A DNA stretch of 64,000 nt from a virus (Duplodnaviria > Caudoviricetes): positions 1 through 64,000 of the IMG/VR virus record IMGVR_UViG_645058824_000001, one strand, 5' to 3'. Shown in pieces: positions 26,425-35,261 of this stretch (the first letter of the stretch is position 1; every line of letters starts with the position of its first letter). The position numbers and the translations under genes were made by a program. A model generated the notes under the pieces. The model was not told the DNA's origin. It saw nothing but the letters and a program-made list of their open reading frames with translations, and ran no database searches.

Positions 26425-27201
26425 TCAGGGGCGGTCGGGCGCGGTGTAGGCGGCCCTGCCCTCGGACTCCCACCAGCGGCGGAACGCGTTGACGGCGTGC
26501 TTGCCGCCGTGGCCTCGCGTGGTCCGCAGCCAGTCGTCATAAAGCTGTTCGGCGACGCCGATGAACGGCTCGTCGTGCGTGAACGCAGGCCACGCCTGGC
26601 ACCCGCAGTGATCGTGGTACCGGTTGCCGCCCTGCCGTGGATCGCCTGCGGTCTTCGCCGACTTGTACACCGGCCCCCGCGAGGCGAGCATCGCGCACCA
26701 CGCGCACGGGTCCGCGTCCGTGACCCGCGCCCAGCCGGCCGCCTGCTCGTCAGCCTCGATCGACCGCTGCATGACCTGCCGGCCACCCTCCAGCGCAAGG
26801 TACTGGGTGCTGCCGACCATGCGAACAGCGGCAGCATCCATGGCCTGCTGAGGCGTCTTACCCGCGGCAATGGCCTTCTTGAACTCGACCGGCCCCGTCA
26901 CATCGAGGGCACGTTCCAGACGGTGGACGAACAGCGGCAACGGATCCTCTGGAGTGAAGTCGCCGTCATCGATACCCGCGTCGCGGCGGGCATCCATGTA
27001 CGCGGAGCGGGCCAGGACAGCCGACTGCTCCCGAGCCTCCTGCACCACGGGCTTGAGAGCCGCCTGCACAGCCGGCCACGACGCGTCAACCTTCGCCGGG
27101 TTCATCAACTCCCGCCAGATCTGCAGCACCTGCCGGGCCAGGCGCGCAGCAGCGAGAGCCTGCACACGCCGGTATCGCTGCGGCGCCTCCGGGCCCGCCA
27201 T
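26425..27201 (-). CDS. MuF-like minor head / maturation protein
   Basis: GWARV...PCAWCAMLASRG...YHDHCGC. Confidence 0.78.
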   Translation of the reverse strand: MAGPEAPQRYRRVQALAAARLARQVLQIWRELMNPAKVDASWPAVQAALKPVVQEAREQSAVLARSAYMDARRDAGIDDGDFTPEDPLPLFVHRLERALDVTGPVEFKKAIAAGKTPQQAMDAAAVRMVGSTQYLALEGGRQVMQRSIEADEQAAGWARVTDADPCAWCAMLASRGPVYKSAKTAGDPRQGGNRYHDHCGCQAWPAFTHDEPFIGVAEQLYDDWLRTTRGHGGKHAVNAFRRWWESEGRAAYTAPDRP

Positions 27202-28604
27202 CAGAGCACCACGTCCGCCACCGGCTCCGCAGCGGCGGCAGCAGGGGCGGGCTCCAGTTGACTCATCTGTTTCTCGATGATGCCGTTCAGGCGGCCCAGC
27301 GAATCACCCTGCTCAGCCGTCGTCTTCCAGCGTTCGACATCGGTCTGCGTGACCCCGGGGATCTTCTCCCACAGCTCCTGCGGAGGAACCCCGAGCATCG
27401 TGACGAGCTTGCCCAGCGCGTCCACGGTCTGGGCGAGCGAGCGTGCCGACGTGTCCCGCCACACGACCTGAGCCTGGGTGTCCTCCCAGGCACCCTGATC
27501 GCCTGCCGCCAGTCCCGCCAGGCGCAGGGCCTGCTCCCAGCCCTCACCGAACAGCGATTCGCGTTCGTCGATCTTCCGGTCGAGACCGTCGCGGGCGGCT
27601 GCCAGAGCCTCCGCCGACAGGTTCACCATCTGCCCGAGCAGGTGATACGGCGGCACCTGCGACAGGGTCGATATATGCCGGATCGTCGCCTCACGACTGT
27701 CGAGATAGCCCTTGAGGTCGGTCTGGCTGAACTCGCCGAACTTCGTGTCCGCGTCCTCGGCGACGAACAGGCCGTCCACGCGGGAGCGGAACGGTTCGAT
27801 CGGGTTGCCGTCGTCGTCCTGCGGCGGCGCCATGCCCGTGACCCACCGCTGCCGGAACGCCGCGTACTGCTGCGCCATCAGCAGGTTGAACGTGGTCATG
27901 TTCAACTGATCCTGGGCGTCGATCAGCGGCTCGACCTCGCCGATCACGCCGTCGCCGTCGAGGTCGTCCGTGTTGACGAAGCGGACCACCGGGCACACAC
28001 CCAGGTCGTGGCGCATCACGCCGTTCTCGCCCAACTTCAGCCCGGAGCCGTCGACGTTACCCACCAGCGTGTAGCGAGCCTGATCGTCGTACACGCGCAC
28101 AACGCGCCGCTGGCCCTTCGCCGTGTTCTCGAGGCGGTCCTCGATCGCGTAGATCGGCCACTCGTCATTGACCGGATCCGCATACAGCGCGGTCAGACGC
28201 CGCGGCGAGAACGGGGTGATCACCGGCACTGGCTTGCCCGGCATCACCACCACATAGGCGGCGCCGTAGGTAAGCGCGGCCCGGTGCACACCGTGCTGCC
28301 GCGCGTCCAACCGGTTCGCCTGCCACACCTGCCACGGCGAAGCGTTGTCGTCCGCGCCCTTCGGCCGGTAGCCGTCGACGTACATGTTCTGCGAGACGAC
28401 CGTGACGACCAGCGGCAGGATCTTCACCTTCGCCCGCTCGATCAACCACCGGTACTCCGCCCGAGCACCCGCAGGAACATAGACGCTCGCGTGCTTGCCC
28501 GCCATGTAGTCGGCGATCCGCTGCAGCCGCGGCTGCTCCACCTCGCGCAGCTTCAGCAGCCGGCGCGCCGTGGAAACCGCCTCGTCTTCGCCCATCAACG
28601 GCAT
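27201..28604 (-). CDS. portal protein (SPP1 gp6-like)
   Basis: RLQRIADYMAG, W.ANRLDARQ, GVCPVVRF, AAFRQRWVTG, NLSAEAL. Confidence 0.92.
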   Translation of the reverse strand: MPLMGEDEAVSTARRLLKLREVEQPRLQRIADYMAGKHASVYVPAGARAEYRWLIERAKVKILPLVVTVVSQNMYVDGYRPKGADDNASPWQVWQANRLDARQHGVHRAALTYGAAYVVVMPGKPVPVITPFSPRRLTALYADPVNDEWPIYAIEDRLENTAKGQRRVVRVYDDQARYTLVGNVDGSGLKLGENGVMRHDLGVCPVVRFVNTDDLDGDGVIGEVEPLIDAQDQLNMTTFNLLMAQQYAAFRQRWVTGMAPPQDDDGNPIEPFRSRVDGLFVAEDADTKFGEFSQTDLKGYLDSREATIRHISTLSQVPPYHLLGQMVNLSAEALAAARDGLDRKIDERESLFGEGWEQALRLAGLAAGDQGAWEDTQAQVVWRDTSARSLAQTVDALGKLVTMLGVPPQELWEKIPGVTQTDVERWKTTAEQGDSLGRLNGIIEKQMSQLEPAPAAAAAEPVADVVL

Positions 28605-28623
28605 GACGCGCCTCCTCCCCCGC

Positions 28624-30273
28624 TCACGCGAATCCGTGGACGCGTCCAGTGCGCCGCCGCTTCTTCTGCCGCTTCGCCCAGTCCGGCGACGCCAACAAAG
28701 CGCGGCGCGCCATGTCCGCCAGCTGCATGCCTGCGAAGCCGTCCACCTTCTTCGGGGACTCCCGCGACTCCTTGCCGAACGACACACCCCACTTGTTGGG
28801 TCGTCGCCGCGCGTTCCCCACGTGTCGTTTCAGCACCGGATCGCCCGTGTGCAGGATCTTCCGGTCGATGATTGCCTGCACTAGTGCTTCGGTAGCCTTC
28901 GTCAGTTCCTGCTGGTGGCCACGCATGTCGTACCCGATCAGCGATCGTGCCGACGCCTTCACCAACAGCTCGTCGCGGTACGTCTCGCCCCACTCGTCGA
29001 TGTACGACTCCCACAGCTTGACGTCCGCGAAGAACGCCCGGACCTGGAAGCGACCGAAGGCGTGCGCGACCAGATCGGAGACCTGCTTGCGGTCGACTTC
29101 CCAGTTCTTGCCCAGCGGTCCTTCGGGTCGCTCCCAGATCCCCAGCGGCTGAACCAGCCGGTCCGAGATCCGCATCGCGATCAGTACGGTCGCGTCGTCG
29201 GACTTGCCGCCGTCGAAGCCGAGCGTGATCTCGTCCCCGTCCTGCAGGCGCTCATCCGACAGGCACTTCGCCCACTCCCCCGGGTCAAGAAGCGCATCCT
29301 CGGCGGCCACCGGCTGGTTCAGCCAGTACCGGCGCGAGTCAGAAGGCGACGACTGCGGATCCCAGATCTCGGCGATGATGCCGTCCAGGTCCATCCAGGC
29401 CGCCGCCGGCCCGTATGCCTCCTTCAACCCGGCAAGCAGAGCATCGCGGTCGGCGAGATCAATACCGTCGGTGGCCTGCCGATGGTCGAAGAGGAGGCCT
29501 GCCGCGTCCGCATCCCGGATCCGCCCCTCGCGGATGGCCTTGTAGTAGGTATGAGTTGCCTCGGCGACCGAGTCCTGCCCAGGCTCGTACATCGTCGACG
29601 TCTCGAGGCACCACGGTTCGGCTTCCTTGCGCTTACGCAGGTTCCGCCGCACCGTGCCGTGCATACGCCGCAGCTCCGGCAGCACATACAAGTGGGTCTC
29701 GTCGAAGACCGCAAAGGTCTCCTTACCACCGTCCTTCGCCGCGGACGACGCCGTCGACGGGGTGATCTCACCCCGCTGGTGGTGCAGGATGATCCGGCTC
29801 GAGGACTGCGCCGACTTGCCGATGTCGATGCCGGGGAAGTCGTCGCCATGGTGCTCAATGAGGTACTCGAGCATCGTGGAGACGTTGTCGTAGGTGTTGC
29901 CGGACTGGCCCTCTTCCGTGGCCAGGCAGCGAATGAACGGCGACTTCACCGGCCTGCCGACCGGCTCCCCGCTGGCGTCCCAGCCGTCGAACCGCACCGG
30001 GAACAAAGCCTCCGCGCACACCAGCATCCCGGCGATCTCCGACTTCGCCCGGCCCTTGGCCCGCGACAGGAACGCCCGCCGGTACACCCGCCGACCCGTC
30101 TCCGGATCAAGCCGGTACGCCTTCACGATGAACGCATAGAACTCATCGTCCAGTTCGATCGGCTCGCCGACAACGTCGCCAGGACCGTGGCACAGGTACT
30201 CCTCGATGTGCTCGACGATCTGATGCCCAAGCGAAGGGAACTCGCCTTCGTACTGGGGGCCACGCCACGGCAT
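28624..30273 (-). CDS. terL: terminase large subunit
   Basis: Walker A-like SRAKGRAKS, Walker B AVFDETH, nuclease LGFDGGKSDDAT and KVDG. Confidence 0.95.
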   Translation of the reverse strand: MPWRGPQYEGEFPSLGHQIVEHIEEYLCHGPGDVVGEPIELDDEFYAFIVKAYRLDPETGRRVYRRAFLSRAKGRAKSEIAGMLVCAEALFPVRFDGWDASGEPVGRPVKSPFIRCLATEEGQSGNTYDNVSTMLEYLIEHHGDDFPGIDIGKSAQSSSRIILHHQRGEITPSTASSAAKDGGKETFAVFDETHLYVLPELRRMHGTVRRNLRKRKEAEPWCLETSTMYEPGQDSVAEATHTYYKAIREGRIRDADAAGLLFDHRQATDGIDLADRDALLAGLKEAYGPAAAWMDLDGIIAEIWDPQSSPSDSRRYWLNQPVAAEDALLDPGEWAKCLSDERLQDGDEITLGFDGGKSDDATVLIAMRISDRLVQPLGIWERPEGPLGKNWEVDRKQVSDLVAHAFGRFQVRAFFADVKLWESYIDEWGETYRDELLVKASARSLIGYDMRGHQQELTKATEALVQAIIDRKILHTGDPVLKRHVGNARRRPNKWGVSFGKESRESPKKVDGFAGMQLADMARRALLASPDWAKRQKKRRRTGRVHGFA

Positions 30274-30281
30274 GACACCCC

Positions 30282-30740
30282 CTACGCACTGTCCTCGCTC
30301 ACGATCCGCAGGTTCTTCCGTCGATCCGACGTCGACCGCGGCGTCTCCGCCGGAGCCGGCTTGTCCGCCGGAGTCTCGATCTTCAGCTTCAGTCGCATCC
30401 GATCCTCCGGAGTCGCCCCATACTTGGCGGCCCGCAACCGCACCTCGGACGCGAACTCCCAGCGCCCCTTGGTCCACATCACGTGGTGCAGCAGCGCCGT
30501 GTCGAGCAGGAAGTCCCAGTCGGTCTCGATGAACACCTGCGCCTGCGCCGACCTGCGCCACGTCTCCCACCACTGCCGGGTCCGCGGATGCCAATCCTCG
30601 TCGTCCGGGAGAACACCCTCAGGGAGCAGCGGACCGCGCAGCTCCCCGTCATCCTCCACCCGGTTCAGCTCCGCATCCCGGGCCTTCGAATCCCGGGCAC
30701 GCGACCGCGTCGCCTTCGGCGCCATACCGCGACCAGCCAT
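30282..30740 (-). CDS. terS: terminase small subunit
   Basis: WHPRTRQWWETW...DWDFLLDTALLH...EVRLRAAKYGATPEDRMRL. Confidence 0.85.
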   Translation of the reverse strand: MAGRGMAPKATRSRARDSKARDAELNRVEDDGELRGPLLPEGVLPDDEDWHPRTRQWWETWRRSAQAQVFIETDWDFLLDTALLHHVMWTKGRWEFASEVRLRAAKYGATPEDRMRLKLKIETPADKPAPAETPRSTSDRRKNLRIVSEDSA

Positions 30741-30753
30741 CAGGGGCACCCCC

Positions 30754-31356
30754 TCACAGCAAGTCAGCGATCACCTGAGACAGATCGGCCAGCGAAGACG
30801 GAGCACCCTCGAACGGCTCACCCGTCACAGTGATGTAGCGGCCACGGTCGTACACCTCGACAGAGGCCTCCCCGCGCCGGATCCGGCGCCCCCGCTCCAC
30901 CGTTCCGTAGCCCCAGATGTGCAGGCCTGTACCGGACGGCGACACCTCGATGTACGTGCGCGGCACCCGGTCAACGATCTCCCGCGCCCAACCCGCCAGC
31001 ACGCCACCAATGAGAGCGTGATCCAGGTCGATGCACACCAGACGGTCCACCGGGCTCAAGACGAAGCCGACACCCACGCCAGCCGTCGACCGCTTCGCCG
31101 CGCTGTACGAGCTCCAGGTCTCCGGATCAGTCGACGAAGCCGCAGACCGCTTCGGGCTGCGGGCCGACAGCGGCACCTTGCGATCGCTGTACCGAACCCA
31201 CTGAGAGCGCCGCGTCATCGCGGCCGGCACCGGATCCGACTGCCGCTGCCGAGCTCGGTGAGCAGCCATGCGGCAGCGGCCCGAGCAGAACCGCGCGTTG
31301 TGCGCATGCCGCGCACCAAGGTGCTCCCGGCAGTGCTCGCAGCGCTTCGTCTTCAT
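30754..31356 (-). CDS. zinc finger + stand-alone AEP primase-polymerase-like domain
   Basis: CEHC...FCSGRCR; STDPETW, CIDLD, EVSPSGTGLHIW, EVYDRGRYITVTG. Confidence 0.75.
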   Translation of the reverse strand: MKTKRCEHCREHLGARHAHNARFCSGRCRMAAHRARQRQSDPVPAAMTRRSQWVRYSDRKVPLSARSPKRSAASSTDPETWSSYSAAKRSTAGVGVGFVLSPVDRLVCIDLDHALIGGVLAGWAREIVDRVPRTYIEVSPSGTGLHIWGYGTVERGRRIRRGEASVEVYDRGRYITVTGEPFEGAPSSLADLSQVIADLL

Positions 31357-31393
31357 GCACCCAGTCTACGGGCATGTGTGACGGCAATCTGCA

Positions 31394-31628
31394 CTCTGAC
31401 CTGCACTGATACAGGTCCGTGACGTGCGGGGAGCCGCAGAGGCCGGCAGTGCTCGAACGGCAAACGTGCAGGTCAGAGCATGATCATCAGATCCCCAGAG
31501 TCGCGCGCACTCCGGGAAGCTAACGTGCCCGATCCTCAGATCCGGATGATCTTGGAGGTACCCCCCAGGGTGATCTTGAAGGCATGATCACCCTGAGATC
31601 GATCAAGGTCGGCTCGACTCAGTTGATC
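31394..31628. other. probable packaging (cos/pac) region
   Basis: Non-coding gap between the HNH gene and the terS operon; 13-bp IR (31394/31466), 10-bp IR (31566/31586), C7 run, 10 GATC. Confidence 0.5.
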
Positions 31629-31930
31629 AAGCCGGGGTGGGCCTCGGCCGGCCGGCGTCGGGGAGGCTTGGCATGTGCCACGGCCGATGCCTCACGACCG
31701 GTCTTCTGATCATGGTGCCACTGGCACAGCGCCCACAGGTTCGCGTCGCTATGATCGTCCACGCCCAGGGCGGCGCCCTGCTTGTGGTCCACCTGATTGG
31801 CCGGCTCGCCGCACAGGCCGCCCGCAGCGAGTGGCCACTGACAGACGTAGCCGTCCCGCTTGAGGATGCGGCGGCGGATGCGATGCCAGCCCTTCGGCAA
31901 GGGTGCTGAGCGCCGGCCTTGGCTGGGCAT
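31619..31930 (-). CDS. packaging-associated HNH endonuclease (gp74-like)
   Basis: ILKRDGYVCQW...VDHK...NLWALCQWHHDQKT. Confidence 0.88.
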   Translation of the reverse strand: MPSQGRRSAPLPKGWHRIRRRILKRDGYVCQWPLAAGGLCGEPANQVDHKQGAALGVDDHSDANLWALCQWHHDQKTGREASAVAHAKPPRRRPAEAHPGLIN

Positions 31931-32180
31931 CAGTCCTTGTCCTTGCCGCCGTGGGCGTTGGGTCCGGGGCGTTCTCCGGTGGCCCGCTTGTGCAGGTTGG
32001 AGCACAGGCCATCGAGCATCCGGCCCGGCTTCACGTACTTCCCGAGCTGGACCCGGCAGCGGTCGAAGTCCCCCGGGGAACCCCAAGCTATCTTGACCCT
32101 AAAGCGGCCCCCGGACCGTGCGCCCAGTACTCCATGAGGCGCTCGGTCGAGACGGGGGCCTTGCCAGTCTTGTCGACCAT
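31930..32180 (-). pseudogene. small phage gene interrupted by an apparent 8-bp insertion
   Basis: Removing GACCCTAA (32095-32102) gives an 80-aa ORF ...YWAHGPGAAKIAWGSPGDFDRC...GLCSNLHKRATG whose stop overlaps the HNH start. Confidence 0.65.
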
Positions 32181-32193
32181 GGGGATCACCTCC

Positions 32194-33069
32194 TCATCTC
32201 TTGATGGCGCGCAGGCGCTCGTACAGGTCTCGGTCCTTCTGCGTAGCCCTGTTGCACTTGCTGGTGTTGCAGATCAGATGGGCTAAGGCGAGGTTCGCCC
32301 ATACGTGCCCGGGATACTCCGGGTCGCTGATCGGGATGATGTGGTCCAGGCTCGCCATCATGGGGTGGTGACCGTTCAGTTCCCGGTCGACGGGCAGGCT
32401 GCATATGTGGCAGATCCATCCGTCACGCTCGAAGACGTCTCGTAGACGGACCGGCTCCGCTGGCGCTTGAGCCGCACGGTTTCGACGGAGGTGCTTCCCG
32501 ATGAGCCGTCGGCACCGCTCCGAGCAGTAGATCGCGGCGCGATGGGTGTCTCGGGGAATGCCTCGTGCGCACACTTCGCACTGCCGCTCTACATCAACGT
32601 ACTCAGGATGACGGCGGTGGTAGATGCGACAGCGCACCGAGCATGTGATCATCCGTGTATCAGCGGCGCTGAACGCCGAAGCGCATACAACGCAGATGGC
32701 TGTCCATGGCTGTCCTAGCTGTCGCGCTCGCGCGGCGAGACCGCTGCACCGAAGCGTGCAGTACTTCTCTCGCCCGGTCTTAGCGGAGAACGCCGCACCG
32801 CACTGGGGGCAGAGTGCAGGACGGGCCCGATTGGCTTGGTGCTGCTTCTCCTGGGCTTCGTAGCACTCTCGGCAGTAGCGGGCGTTGCCGTGCCGGTCGG
32901 AGATGTCTGTTCCGCAGCCGAGGCACTCTCGTGTAGTCGGCACGGCGGTGCCTGCCCTGCGGGCCTTGCGAAGCCGGGTACTGCACTTGGGGGAGCACGT
33001 AACGGCGTCTGATCGAACGCTGGTGAACGAACTGCCGCAGGCAGCGCACGCTCGCGTATGGTTGGTCAT
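32194..33069 (-). CDS. HNH endonuclease with five tandem Cys4 zinc-finger repeats
   Basis: Five CxxC...CSxxC-type units; FERDGWICHIC...SLDHIIP...NLALAHLICN; lower GC; TTA at 32284. Confidence 0.88.
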   Translation of the reverse strand: MTNHTRACAACGSSFTSVRSDAVTCSPKCSTRLRKARRAGTAVPTTRECLGCGTDISDRHGNARYCRECYEAQEKQHQANRARPALCPQCGAAFSAKTGREKYCTLRCSGLAARARQLGQPWTAICVVCASAFSAADTRMITCSVRCRIYHRRHPEYVDVERQCEVCARGIPRDTHRAAIYCSERCRRLIGKHLRRNRAAQAPAEPVRLRDVFERDGWICHICSLPVDRELNGHHPMMASLDHIIPISDPEYPGHVWANLALAHLICNTSKCNRATQKDRDLYERLRAIKR

Positions 33070-33128
33070 GTCGGTCTGCTCTCATCAGATCGGCCACGCC
33101 CCGGGAGTGTTGGTAGCACTCGCCGGGG
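33070..33128 (-). ncRNA. putative structured 5' leader (two hairpins), copy 1
   Basis: Same architecture as 39815-39870, with compensatory stem changes. Confidence 0.45.
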
Positions 33129-33130
33129 TC

Positions 33131-33355
33131 CTACTTGTTCAACGCTGGTGTGTTGTCTGCTGGTTCCTCTTCGGGCAGGGGTTCGTCGTCGCGTTGGATG
33201 CTGGCGCCTTGTCCGGAGGGGATGGCGAGGCAGTCGCCTTGGCTGTCGGTGAAGATGGCCCAGCCGGCTTCGAAGCGGAGGGTGAGGTCGTCGCCTGAGA
33301 GTCGGAGGTCGTCGCGTCGTTGTTCCCGCGGGTGGATGACGAGGTAGGCGGGCAC
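33131..33355 (-). CDS. hypothetical protein
   Basis: GAGGAG RBS before the GTG. Confidence 0.6.
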   Translation of the reverse strand: MPAYLVIHPREQRRDDLRLSGDDLTLRFEAGWAIFTDSQGDCLAIPSGQGASIQRDDEPLPEEEPADNTPALNK

Positions 33356-33357
33356 GT

Positions 33358-33561
33358 CTACTCCTCTCCGCTGCGTTCGGTGTCGCTGCCGACCGCCCAT
33401 CCGCCGAACCCGGCGCGCCGGTCGGGCGGGGTGTTGGCGACGACCCCGTAGAGTCGGACGGCTGCGTCTTCGGCGCGTGCGAGGGGGTCGTCGTCGGCGC
33501 CGTGGACTTCGACGGTGATCTCGCGGACGCCGTCGCCCAGCTTCACCGTCACGTCAGGCAT
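33358..33561 (-). CDS. hypothetical protein
   Basis: Overlaps the upstream stop; GC3 bias. Confidence 0.6.
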   Translation of the reverse strand: MPDVTVKLGDGVREITVEVHGADDDPLARAEDAAVRLYGVVANTPPDRRAGFGGWAVGSDTERSGEE

Positions 33562-34102
33562 CGGGGTTGATCGCGTCGTGCAGCTCGGCGAGCCGGGCGT
33601 CCCACCAGCGGGACAGGCTCACGCCGAGCGGCGGGGGTCCGGCCTTCACCCACTGCTCGTAGAGGTCGATGACGCGGGTGACGTCCTCCTCGGCGGACCG
33701 ATGCAGGGCGGCGAAGACGCGGGTGGTCTTCTCCTTCTCGGCCGCTTCCGGGGCGGGCCACGTCAGGTTGCCGTCGGCGTGGCGACCCGTGTGTCCGGCG
33801 GGCAGCTTGCAGCGTTCGTTGCCGAGGGCGTTCGGGGCACTGCTGCCTGCCTGGCAGGGAGTCACGGGCTCGTAGGTGGCGGCGAAGATGTCGGGCTTGA
33901 CCGGGTACAGCTCGCCTTGGACTCCCCGCACGATCCAGTCGCCGAGGTTGGCGCGCATCGTGCCTTCCAGGGTTTCGATCAGCAGGCAGCCGATGTCGAA
34001 GCGGATGCCGTCGCCGAACTCGGCACGGATCTGGTCGGCGGACGCGGCGTCGGTGAACTGCACGGCTTCGATCTCGACGGGGCGCTTACGGTAGCGGGCC
34101 AT
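33554..34102 (-). CDS. phage protein (YRKRPVEIEAVQ / GDWIVRG family) with an extra C-terminal part
   Basis: YRKRPVEIEAVQF...TLEGTMRANLGDWIVRGVQGELYPVKPDIFAATYE. Confidence 0.75.
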   Translation of the reverse strand: MARYRKRPVEIEAVQFTDAASADQIRAEFGDGIRFDIGCLLIETLEGTMRANLGDWIVRGVQGELYPVKPDIFAATYEPVTPCQAGSSAPNALGNERCKLPAGHTGRHADGNLTWPAPEAAEKEKTTRVFAALHRSAEEDVTRVIDLYEQWVKAGPPPLGVSLSRWWDARLAELHDAINPDA

Positions 34103-34284
34103 CAGCGGGTCACCGCCTTGGCGTCCTGGTGGTGGACGCTGCGGACGTTGGCGACGGGCGCGAGGGCGACGGCCTGCTTGTCGAGGTAGAAGGTGTAGTC
34201 GCGGGCGTCGGGGTCGTACTCGACGCCGTCGGCGGTGACGTGCTCCGTCGTTCCGTTGAGGTAGTTGATCGTGTACTGGGCCAT
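34102..34284 (-). CDS. hypothetical protein
   Basis: GGAGCCCGCGCC-ATG start motif. Confidence 0.65.
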   Translation of the reverse strand: MAQYTINYLNGTTEHVTADGVEYDPDARDYTFYLDKQAVALAPVANVRSVHHQDAKAVTR

Positions 34285-34301
34285 GGCGCGGGCTCCTGTG
34301 G

Positions 34302-34829
34302 TCAGGGTTTCCAGTTGGGGCCGCGGAGTGCGGCGGGGACGTCTCGGGTGTGGGTGCGTGGGGCGAGGATGTCGGCGAGTCCGAGGCGTCCGGTGGCGGG
34401 CTTGGGTTCGGGCGGTGTGGGCCGGTCGAGGCTGGCGAGGATGTCGGGCGTGATGCCGTGCGCGTGCGCGAGGTCCAGCAGCTCGGGGCAGTCGTTGAGG
34501 TTGGTCGTCAGGTCTTGATCGCAGGCTTCGCAGTAGTTGGACTGCGGCCAGGCCCGGTGTCGGGCGAGGATCCGCCGGTCCGCCTCACAACGACGCAGCA
34601 CGGTGGTCACGGACTGCACGGGCGCGGGAACCCTGTCTCGCGGTTCGACGCCGTACTGGGCGATGTCGAGCTGCAGCCCTTCGGCGGTGTGGGTGATGCC
34701 GGTGACGGTGCCGGTGATGGCGGGTCCGCCGTCGTGCGGCTCGATGATGACCTGCCGGTACTCCAGCTCGGCACGGGCGGAAGCTTCGACGCGGTCGACT
34801 TGCTGGGTGATCCAGGCGTGGAGATCCAT
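34302..34829 (-). CDS. DUF6221-like protein with an inserted domain
   Basis: MDLHAWI...VLRRCEADRRILARH...LLDLA. Confidence 0.6.
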   Translation of the reverse strand: MDLHAWITQQVDRVEASARAELEYRQVIIEPHDGGPAITGTVTGITHTAEGLQLDIAQYGVEPRDRVPAPVQSVTTVLRRCEADRRILARHRAWPQSNYCEACDQDLTTNLNDCPELLDLAHAHGITPDILASLDRPTPPEPKPATGRLGLADILAPRTHTRDVPAALRGPNWKP

Positions 34830-34850
34830 GGCGCGGGCTCCAGCGTGGGG

Positions 34851-35039
34851 TCAGTGTTCGTGGACGCGCCTGACCAGGAACCCTGACCAGGTGCGGATCT
34901 CGTAGTCGTCACCGTCGCAGTTCTTGATCAGGCAGACGGTGCGGTCCTCGCGAATGCCACGTTCCGGCTCAGGTTCCGTCTGGCCGATGCCGAGTTCACG
35001 TTCGAGCTGGGCGATCCGCTGATAGTCCGGAGAGGGCAT
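34851..35039 (-). CDS. hypothetical protein
   Basis: GGAAGGCCCGCGCC-ATG. Confidence 0.55.
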   Translation of the reverse strand: MPSPDYQRIAQLERELGIGQTEPEPERGIREDRTVCLIKNCDGDDYEIRTWSGFLVRRVHEH

Positions 35040-35063
35040 GGCGCGGGCCTTCCGTGGGGTCAG

Positions 35064-35261
35064 TCAGTGCTGCCGCTGGTGCCGTTCGGCTTCAGCGATC
35101 AGCTCGGGCAGGGATGGGCTGTAGTCCTTGGGCCACCAGCGGACGTCACCGCGTCCAGCAGTCTGGGAGCACTGGTCGCAGGTGAGGGCGACGATCGGAG
35201 CGTCGACGGACGGTTCGTCGGCGCAGACCCGGTAGCCGTCGAGCCCTTCGACTCCGCTCAC
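35064..35261 (-). CDS. hypothetical protein
   Basis: GTG overlaps the MTase stop; CDQC. Confidence 0.5.
   Translation of the reverse strand: MSGVEGLDGYRVCADEPSVDAPIVALTCDQCSQTAGRGDVRWWPKDYSPSLPELIAEAERHQRQH

Noticed and set aside
32095-32102. TTAGGG as a telomere-addition signature
   Set aside because: Single copy in a bacterial phage context; no supporting mechanism
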